From the human T2T-CHM13v2.0 reference genome, Homo sapiens, in the NCBI RefSeq assembly GCF_009914755.1, contig NC_060939.1: a DNA stretch of 64,000 bases; one strand, given 5' to 3'. The position numbers and the translations under genes were made by a program. Below the pieces are notes generated by a model. It was not told where the DNA came from, did no database searches, and saw nothing but the letters and a program-made list of their open reading frames with translations. Positions within the stretch are counted from its first letter, which is position 1; each line of letters starts with the position of its first letter. This document shows positions 54,563 to 64,000 of this stretch, piece after piece.

Positions 54563-55222
54563 TTAGATCCGGTCAGAGGGTCTCTGGAATTTTATCTCTG
54601 ATCACGGCAGGACTTGATCCACTCCATTAACCTATGTCCTGTCCCTCCTTTCCTCCTGAGGCCAGTGGAGAAAGGGACCCCAACCTCACTGACTTTCACA
54701 GAGCGTTTTTACATCTGCCATTAGATCAAAAAGGTTGCACTAAGGCCCCTGGGCGCCAGGGGGCTCTGTGGAGACTTTGGGCTTCAGGCTTTTCTGTTGG
54801 GTTCTAGACTGTTTTGCAAACTATCCGTGTCCAAGAACCAGGTTTTTCCCCTAAGCTTTTACAGACCATTACTTTTTAAAAATGCAATAAAAGTTACTAG
54901 AAAGACACAATAAAGACATAGAAAATACAAGGCCTGATTTTCTCCAACAGTGTTACTGTGAACATTGTAAAATATATAAAAAGTCGAAATAATTGCTTTG
55001 TACAGTGAACACCAATATACCCACCACCTGGATCCTACCATTAGCATTTTGTTATATTTGCTTTATTATTTATTGATCCGTGTTTCTATCCATTAATCCA
55101 AGTTTGGTTTTTTTTTTGTTTTTTGTTTTTTTTTGTTTTTTTATGAACTTAAAGTAAGTTGCTGACATTAGTGCACTTCACCCCTGGACAGTTCAGTATA
55201 CATATCACGGACGATGTTTCAA

Positions 55223-55373
55223 TTTTTTTTTTTTTTTTTTTTTTTTTACTTTAGTAGAGACATGGTTTCACCATGTTGGCCAGAACGGTCTCGAACTCCC
55301 TGGCTTTGAGTGATCCGCCCACCTTGACCTCCCAAAGTGCTGGGATTACATGCGTGAACCACTGTGGCCAGCC
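55223..55373 (-). mobile_element. Alu left-arm-only insertion with A-tail, inside an L1M fragment (about 54920-55600)
   Basis: Left monomer ends ctactaaagt followed by about 25 A; TSD atgtttcaat/aggtttcaat. Confidence 0.85.
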
Positions 55374-55680
55374 AGGTTTCAATATTTTTACGAATTTTTT
55401 TTTTTGAGGCATACTTCACATACTGTGAAATGCACAGATCTTAAATGTACTATTCAAAAAAGAATCTTCAGAAATGCATATACTTGTCTAACCTCAAACA
55501 GTAACAAGATACAGAGCTTTTCCATCATCCAGAAGGTTCTCTTGTGCACCTTAGCAGCCAATTTGCACAACAGTTTAACCATAAGTCCTAATTTTTTTTA
55601 TTATTTGATTCAAGAATAAAGTTAGTTTGTCAAACTGCCATTAGATTTTCTAAATACACATTTTAAATTCCTGAACTTAC

Positions 55681-55928
55681 CTCCTCATGCACTGGTGATA
55701 AGCAGCTCCTGAACAGCCTCGCTGGGGGACCACTGTGTAAGTAAAGCCTATTCTGAGATGCTGGGTTCACAGCCCAGGGCCCTGTGACCGTATTCAAAGT
55801 CCACTTGCTTGGAAGTCTCCAAAGCTCATCTCTCTGATGGGCACATCCTGTGACGTCCTCTGCATATTCCCTGTGCTCTTGTTGTTTTCACCTCCAAAGG
55901 GAAGGAGAGATTACATGGTGCGGTGGGT
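55681..55928 (-). ncRNA. Candidate internal non-coding exon (248 nt)
   Basis: Acceptor ctcctctcattctccctacag| and donor GAG|GTAAGT; stop codons in all three frames. Confidence 0.4.
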
Positions 55929-56662
55929 CTGTAGGGAGAATGAGAGGAGCTCCTTTCTTTACCCTCTCCCTTCTCTGCTACCCTGCAACGGAAGCAAAAG
56001 GGACCCCACGGTGGGACTCCCATCGCCAGGAATAATTCCCCCAGGAAACCTTGCAGGCTTCTCCCCCTTCACAACCTCCATGTCTGCAGGTGGTCTCCGT
56101 GCCTCAGCAGGGGGCAAAAGGTGGTGCTGCCGCCTCAAGACTGCGGAAGGCTGAACTGTGGGCGGTGATTCCCACCACAAGTTCTTCTAGAACAAGGCAT
56201 CTTCCTTTTATCCACACCTGAAGTGGGGTCTTACCTAGACACTGGTGTGTTTGGTTACTTCACCTTAAAATGAGTTTGTGGCACCTGAGAGATGCTCTCA
56301 GACTCCCCCGCAAACACGGCTTTCAGAGCTGCGGCTCTCAGGATGAAGTTTTGGGATTGCAGGCCGGTCCTCTGGAGGGCTATCGGGTTGGCTCTGTGAA
56401 ACACTCAGCTATCCCACAAAAAACGATGGCGTGTGTGCTGTGGGAAATGCATCCACTGCAGGCTAGAAGGCTCATACCGCAGTAAGCTGTGGCTCCTGCC
56501 CTGAGAGCCTAAGGTCTGATAGGGGAGGGAAAGTGTGAATGGCCAGTACAACAGTGAGACCTCACACTTACTAGGTTCTTACTATGTAACGTTTTGTAAA
56601 GGAGAAAACCAAGGCACAGAGAGATTAAATGACTCTCCCAAGTTCCTACAACTCATTAGTGG

Positions 56663-57214
56663 TGTGTCTGGAATTGGTTCCTTCCTGTGGGTTCTTGGTC
56701 TCGCTGACTTCAAGAATGAAAACACGGACCCTGTGGTGAGTGTTACAGTTCTTAAAGATGGTGTGCCCGGACTTCCTTCCTTCTGGTGGGTTTGTGGTCT
56801 TGCTTGACTTCAGGAGTGAAGCCACAGACCTTCGCAGTGAGCATTACAGCTCTTAAAGGTAGAGCACACCCAAAGAGTCAGCAGCAGCAAGACTTATTGT
56901 GAAGAGCGAAAGAACAAAGCTTCCACAACGTGGAAGCCTATGCGAGTGGGTTTCAGGAACTGGACCTGGTGGCCAACTTTTATTCCCTTATTTGGCCCCG
57001 CCCAAATCCTGCTGATTGGTCCATTTTACAGAGCGTTGTTTGGTCCATTTTACAGAGTCCTGATTGGTCCGTTTTTACAGAGTGCTGATTGGTGTGTTTA
57101 CAAACCTTTAGCTAGATGCAGAGCGCTGATTGGTGTGTTTACAATCCTTTAGCTAGACAGAAAAGTTCTCCAAGTCCCCACCTGACCAAGTAGCCCAGCT
57201 GGCTTCACCTCTCA
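56663..57214 (-). mobile_element. LTR12 (HERV9) solo LTR, short LTR12/12F type, inserted in a MIR
   Basis: Minus strand TGAGAGGTGAAGCCAGCTGG...ATTCCAGACACA; perfect 4-bp TSD gtgg. Confidence 0.95.
56978..57133 (-). promoter_or_regulatory. LTR12 U3 promoter: four CCAAT boxes, a GC box and a TATA-like AATAAAA
   Basis: ATTGG at 57015, 57063, 57088 and 57129; ggccccgccc at 56994-57003; ttttatt at 56978-56984. Confidence 0.7.
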
Positions 57215-57779
57215 GTGGGACCAGGATTTATATGGAACTAAAAAGCAAGAGTTAGCCCTCAGACCCAGAAAGTCTGACTCAAACTTACATTCCCACCCAG
57301 CATAACACACTGTCCCTCTAATAATTGCTAACTGTGTGGGTGCCTACTAGGTGTCAGGTCCTCTTTGAAATGCTTTGCATATATGAACTCAGGATTTAAT
57401 GGGTGTCCCAGGGAGGAGCCAAGAGGAACCCAGGAATTCCAAAGGGAGGATCATTTTCAGACAATGCTTCATAGACAGTTGCTTTATTCAAATAACTATT
57501 TTACATATTAAGATCTAGTTTAGAATCCAAACTTTTCACAAGATGTTTCTGATTAAATATATCTGATTAAAACAAAAATTGGAATTCTAGAATGAAAGTG
57601 ATTACAGAAAGTTCTAAAGGACATATAGGCATGTCTGAGGTACTCCCTGACAATTTCAGAAGCAGTATAGAATCATGGAAGCCCAATTAATGGCATTAAG
57701 ATCTGACTGGGATCTTCAGAATTTCTGATTTGGAGCTTTCTGGGCATATGTTGGAAAGGAGAATGAAAGATTTAAAAAA

Positions 57780-59317
57780 TGATGGTAAAAATTTCTCACC
57801 ATCAGACATACCCCAAAAGAATGGCTAAATGAAGTTTTCTAAATAGAAAATAAACAATTTAAAAATAAATCTGGAACATCAAAAAGAGTAAAAATATAAG
57901 TAAATACAATATTAACTCTCCTTGAATTTTCTAAATTATGTTTGACAGCTGAAGCAAAAATTGTAATGCCTGTTGTGGTTCTAAATATCCTTTTATAATA
58001 CTTCCAAGAGTGAATTAAAAATAAGGCCAAACTATAGGCCATCTATAAGCTTACTTTAAATATAGGTAGATTGAAATTAAAAGGATAGAGAAAGGTATAT
58101 CATGCAAACTTTAATCAAAGGGAAACGGGTGGCTATATAAATGTTGGACAGACTTCAAAACAAAATTATCAGAGCAGAGAGAGACATTATTTAATAATAA
58201 AAACAGAATTCACCAAGAAAATACACTGGTCTTAAGTGGGTATGCACCAAACACAGAGCTGTAAAATGACGGAGCTGAAAGGAGAAGTTGTCAAATTCAC
58301 CATTACTGTTGAATACTTCATTCCTCTCTCAGCAATTAATAGAACAACTAGGCAGAAAATTAGCAAGAACATAGAAAAACTCAACATGATTGCTGACAGA
58401 AGCTAATCAACATTTATAGAACACTCTACTTAATTGAAGTGGAATACACATTTTTAAGCGCCCATTGAACCTATACCGTGATAGATCATATCTTAGGCAA
58501 TAAGACAAACCTCAAAAAATGTAAAAGAAAAAAAATCATACAGTGTATATTCTCTGACCACAATGACACTGAAGTAGAAATCAGTAACAAAAAGATAATT
58601 TAAAAATCTCCAAATCCCTGGATGTTAATAACACACTGCTAAATAATCCATGGGTCAAAGAAGAAGTCTAAAGGGAAATAAAAATACATTGAACTAAATT
58701 AAAATAAAAATGCAACATATTAAATTTGTGGGACATAGCTAAAGCAATGCTTAGAGAGAAATTTATAGCACTAAATAAATTTGAAAAAGTCTCAATAATC
58801 TAAACCTTGATCTTAACAACCTGAAAAAGGGCAAAATAAACCCAAAACAAGTAGAAGAAAATAAATTATAAAGAGCAGAAATCAATAAAACTGAAAAGAG
58901 GAAAACAACAGAGAAAAATCAATGAAAGAATGAGTTCTTTGAAGAGATCAATAAAATTGACCAACCTCTAACAAAATTAGCAAAGAAAAGATTAAAGAAA
59001 ACACAAATTACTAACATCAGGAATTAAACAGGGGATATCATTATAGACCTCAAAGACATCAAAAGAGACTATTACAAAAAACTCTACTCACATAAATTTG
59101 TCAAATTCGATGAAATCGGCCAATTTAAGAAAAGCACAAACTACCACAACTCACCCAACAGTAGATAGATAATGTGAATAGCTCTATAGCTATTAAGGAA
59201 ATTGAGTTCATAATTTTTAAAACTTCTCCAAAAAGAAGTCTCCAGGTCCAAATAATTCCACTAGGGAATTCTGCCAAATAGTTGGAAAATAAACACCAGT
59301 TCTGCACAATCTCTTCC

Positions 59318-59357
<40 letters not shown>

Positions 59358-60115
59358 AAGAGGAAGTAATGCTTCCCAGTTCATTCTATACATCCAGGAT
59401 TGTCCAGATATCAAAACCAGACAAAGATAGTTTAAAAAAAAAATGAAACAACAGGCCATTCTCATGGCTATAGACACAGAAACCTTTAGGACTTTAGCAA
59501 ATAGAATTGAACAATATATATAAAGAGAGCTATATAACATGTCCAAGTGGGGTTTATTCTAAGGATGCAAGCCTGGCTCAATATTGGAAAATCAGTCAGT
59601 GTGATCTAGTTTAATTATAGGCTATCAAAGAAAAAGTACATGATTATGTCAATTGATGCAGAGAAAGCATTTGAAGAAAATTCAACCCTCATTCATGATA
59701 AACTCTCAGAAAAATATGAATAGAAGTAATGTTCTCAACCAAATAAACAGCACCTGTAAGAACCCACAGTTAACATTATATTTAATAATGAAAGTCTGAA
59801 TGATTTCCCTGTAAGATCAGAACAGGGCAAAAAGGGTAACTCTCACCATTCTTATTTAACATGGTACTGGAAGTTCTAGCCAGTGCAGTAAGGCAAGAAA
59901 AGGCATTCAAATCATTAGGAAAGAAATAAAATTGTCCCTATTTGCAGATGACTTGGTTGCCTTTTTAGGTAATTCCAATGAATCTACTAAAGAAATAAAG
60001 ACTCCTAGAACTAATAAGTGAGTTCAGCTAATTTGTGGGACACAAAATCAATGTACAACAATGAACTGCACTTTTGTATAGTAGCAATGAACACACTTAT
60101 CAATAACTTAAAAAA
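57780..60115 (+). mobile_element. Old L1M ORF2 region (endonuclease to RT), decayed
   Basis: tatgcaccaaac, tctctgaccacaatg, attgatgcagagaaagcatttga, ctatttgcagatgac (FADD). Confidence 0.85.
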
Positions 60116-60299
60116 TGATGTGCAAGCAGCAACTTGGAGGACAAACACTGACTCAAAAGCCAGAAGTTCTAGGACCCAGCTTAAGTTACAAAATGAACTT
60201 TGGTCAATTCACTCAGCTCGGTCTCTGTTTTCACTTTTTGGATGTGAGGAAATTAGACTCATCTCTATAATCACTTCAGCTCTAATATTCTGTTGCTTC

Positions 60300-60680
60300 T
60301 AATTTCATCATTTTAAAGTAACTTTATGACTGTAAGAAATGAATGTTCTTTATTAGGCGGAACATACCTAAAGGCATAAGGAAAAAAATACGCATAGTCT
60401 TACTTATAACTCAGAAAAAAGCTCACTGTTAATATTTTGGTGTTTCTTACTTCTAGCTTTTTTCCCCTAGCATATATACAAAGAGAAAAATTATACACAT
60501 TACACACCCACACATATTTTTATACACTGGGGGTCATAGTCCCTGTACAATTCTGTATCTGAGTTTTTCACCCGGTATTATATATAAGTGTTTTCCCACA
60601 TCATTAAAATTCTTCAAAAATGCAATCCTTATTAGTGGTATAATAGTCTGTTGAGTGAACAGCTATATTTTATTTAACTA
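60300..60680 (-). mobile_element. L1ME-like fragment
   Basis: cactgttaatattttgg...ttttcccacatcattaaaattcttcaaaa. Confidence 0.55.
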
Positions 60681-61694
60681 GACTCTTAGTTCCTTTAAGC
60701 CTGCCTGTCTATGTTCAGAAGAAAATCGTTGCTGATTTGTGCCATTTGTGCCCCAAACACAATTTTATGTTTTTACACATGCCTCCCCAAATGCCCCTGT
60801 TCACTCAAACTAGGAAGTGAGGTGTCACTGAGCTGAAGCAAGTCCTGCTTCCCAGTGGTGTGAGGCTGCATCTCCAGCTGCTCGCTTAGAGCCCAAGGCC
60901 CCACCTGTTTAATAAAGGAGGAGGTTGAGTGCATTAGTAGAATGAATGCACCCTTTTCAGGGCAATACAACAGCTGGGAGAAGGTAGAGTCTCTGAGAAA
61001 GAGAGAAACTGCAAAAAGGGGAAAGGAAGGTGTATGGCAGAGGGAGGGAAGGAAGCACCTCTGCAGAGGCAGTGTCCCATGGGGACTTCTCATCTTTCAC
61101 CTCCGGGCTTCCCAGAGCACCCCTGCCTACTTTCTGCTCCCCAAGACTTCCTTGGGTATGGCTGGCACTGGGCCATCTACATGAAAAAGCACAATAAAAA
61201 TACAATCTGCAGCAGGCGCAGCAGCCCAAAGAGGATCTTACAGTCAAGACCACAGACCCTGGCCTCAGTTCAGCAGATGCAGGAGCACAGCCACAGATGT
61301 GGAGAGAGACAATAGCTATACTCATAACAAACACTGCAGAAATCATCATTTGCTTCAGATGGACTTCCAAGCTCTCACAGGATGCAGCCGTCAACACCAA
61401 ATGCATGTATCAGGCTTTCTTTGGAATAAAGATGGCCAACGTTACATGATAGAGGAACTGTGGTGGTTTTTGTTTTGTTTTACGTGCTTCTGGCACTGTT
61501 AAAACTTTGATAGTATTCATATTTCCAGTCTTCTTTGATGTTTTATCTTTCTGCGAGAGAAATCCCCACAGACTCTAACATGCCCAAATTTTGGTTGGCA
61601 CAAATCAGAAATAACTATTGAGTTTTGTTGACAGTCTTTAATTTTGATTTGGTTTATTTCAGTGAAGTGGGCAGACCATTAGACTGACGAAGAA

Positions 61695-61850
61695 GAAATA
61701 ATTTCCAGTCCTGAGTTTGTCACTCATTAAATGTATGACTTTGAACAAATTATATGTATGATTTTGAAGAAATGACTTAACTCTTCTGGATCTCAACTTT
61801 CTCAAATATAGTAGAATTGGATTATTGATGATTTCCCAAATTTTCAACAC
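61695..61850 (+). mobile_element. MIR
   Basis: tgacttaactcttctggatctcaactttctcaaatatag. Confidence 0.6.
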
Positions 61851-62027
61851 TCTGGAACCCTTTATTCAAATGAAATCTTGCACGAAAAGACCCAAGGCTG
61901 ATAAAACCAGGAGTGGCTGGTTCCCCTCTAATCAGAACACACATTACCAGTAGCCCTGTATTAGAGACCTAGGAGTTCTCTGTTCTGCCTGACATTTTTG
62001 CCCTTTGGTTCTGTGATCATAGGAAAG

Positions 62028-62064
62028 GTGTGTGTGTGTGTGTGTGTGTTTGTGTGTGTGTGTG
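62028..62064. repeat. (TG)n microsatellite, one interruption
   Basis: Read directly from the sequence. Confidence 0.95.
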
Positions 62065-62119
62065 ATGGCTGAGGCAGCAGGGTGCACCCAGGAAGCTCAG
62101 CAATTGTTTACCCATAATT

Positions 62120-62600
62120 ATGTTGGTAGCAGTATTATTCATAATAGCAAAAAATGGAAGTAAACCAAATGCCTATCAACTGATGAGTGGATAAACAAAA
62201 TATAGTATATCCACATGATAGGCTATTACACACCACATAAAGGAATGAAGTAACACATGCACAACATGGATGAAACCTGGAAACATACGGTAAATAAGAG
62301 AAGACACACAAAAGGTCACATATTGCATGATTCCATTTACATGAAATGTCTGAAATAGGCAAATCTATAAAGAAAGAAAGTAGATTAGTGGTTTTCAGGG
62401 GCTGGGTTATGGGGTGGGCAGGAGACAATGGAGAGTGACTAATAAGCACGGAATTTCTTTCTGGAATGATAAAAAGTGTTCTGAAATTAGATAATGGTGA
62501 TGGTTGCATGCCTTTGTGAATAGCAATTGAAAATGTACACTTTAAAAGGGTAAGTATCATGGCATGTGAATTACATTTCAATAAAGCCATTACTTAAAAA
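62120..62600 (+). mobile_element. L1MB-like 3' end
   Basis: gtattattcataatagc...gaaattagataatggtgatggttgca...tttcaataaagcc. Confidence 0.85.
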
Positions 62601-62848
62601 GGTATTATGAAAAGCTATGTGCTTACATATTTGAAAACTTAATAAATAAATACGTAAGTAAATACAAAAATGCCAAAATCAACCCTGGAAAAATATAGAG
62701 AACTGGAATTAACTATTAAGTATTAAACAGATTAAAATATGATTTAAATATCTTTCTTCCCACAGAGATACTATGACCAGATGGTTTTACAGGTGAATTC
62801 TACCAAACTCTCAAGAGACAGCTAATTGTAATCTTAAATAAATTTTTT

Positions 62849-64000
62849 GGAGAGTTCCATAATGGTGGTGTAGAAATGAGCTTAGTTCACTTCCCAGCCC
62901 CCTCCTCTGCACCCAGAAAACCAAAAATAAATACACAGTACCAAGATTATCACCAGCAATATCTCAGAACTCAAATAGGAGGATGGGACAGTCTCCAGGG
63001 CTGCACAGAAGTGAAAAAACCTCAAGCCAGATGGTAAGAGAATTGAATTTTCACATCTGTGATACCTCTCCCCCTGTTCTGCCTAGTACCATGCAGAAAA
63101 TTTCTCCCCAACTCATGCTTTTTACACTGGAGAAAGTGAGATCTGGGTGGACAACTAGTTCCCCCATCATCTTGAGTTCCTTGCCAGGAGAGCAGGCGAC
63201 CTGTCCTGCCCTAATCCACAGGAAGCATCACAAGTGCCAGAAGGGGGAAATATCCCTGAGGACAGACAGAGACAAAGGGAAGGGCTGGGACTACCATCCC
63301 TCGCCCTGGAAACTCTGCTCTGTAACTCAGCCAAATAAGATGCCAAATCCATGTGGTTGTACAACACTATGCTGTATAAGGTACATTCCACAGGTGTCCT
63401 GGGCATGAACCCCTAGCCAGCCTTCTCACACTGCTAAGATATCTTCTTTGGGACCTCTTCCATTCAGGATGGGCAACACTTCAGTTGTTTACTAGAGCTG
63501 AGGCAAACCTGGGCTTAAGGTGCCTCCTAGAGCTGAAAAGGAGATAGTGACATAGCAATAAAGTAACATAGCAACAAAGCAAATATATTCAATAAAAAGC
63601 AAGCCACACAGAGAAGACTGGAATAAATAACTTTCAAGCAAATACATAGATGTCCATCTACAAGAAACAAAAGCAAACAGGGAATGATTATCTCCCCAAA
63701 TAGACAAAGCAAGTAACCAGGGACTGACCCTAACAAGATGGTGATATATAAACTCTCTGACCAAGAATTCAAGATCACAGTTTTAAGAAAACTGAGTGAT
63801 TTCCAAGATAACACAGAAAGGCAATTCAGAAACTTATCAGAGAATTTAACAAAGTGATTGAAATAATCTTTACAAACAAACAGAAATCCTAGAACTGATA
63901 AATGCATTTACAGAACTGAAAACTTCATTAGAGGCTCTCAGCAGCAGAACAGATGAAGTAGAGGAAAGAATCAACTCTAAAATACACAGTTGGAGGAGAA
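62849..64000 (+). mobile_element. L1M1/L1M2-like 5'UTR and ORF1 start; continues beyond the right edge
   Basis: ctctctgaccaagaattcaagatcacagttttaagaaaactgagtgat...gatgaagtagaggaaagaatca, ORF1-type coiled-coil sequence. Confidence 0.75.

Noticed and set aside
57010-57160. Short repeats with variable spacers, superficially CRISPR-like
   Set aside because: These are the normal CCAAT-containing U3 tandem repeats of LTR12
60957-61406. 149-aa minus-strand ORF in unique sequence
   Set aside because: No domain or coding-like signal recognised; overlapping ORFs of similar size occur in several frames

Overview
Primate (very likely human) non-coding genomic DNA, AT-rich and dominated by interspersed repeats: L1 of several ages, Alu/FAM, MIR, L2, L3/CR1, MaLR and ERV LTRs, and hAT and Tigger/mariner DNA transposons. 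I recognise no protein-coding host exon, RNA gene or processed pseudogene. The longer ORFs in the track are decayed L1 ORF1/ORF2 or Tigger7 transposase pieces, or chance ORFs. Many insertions keep readable target-site duplications (TSDs), so their nesting order can be reconstructed. Best leads: (1) a solo LTR12 promoter followed on the minus strand by well-formed splice sites, suggesting a spliced lncRNA, with a possible 12-nt microexon further along; (2) an open ORF0-like antisense ORF in an L1PA7/8 5'UTR; (3) two odd alterations inside an L1PA16-like copy; (4) a tiny young L1PA2 insertion in a palindromic site; (5) a near-full-length Tigger7; (6) CTCF, E-box and recursive-splice-site motifs. 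I found no convincing evidence of a wholly new biological system. Subfamily names come from recalled consensus sequences, and the boundaries of old elements are approximate.
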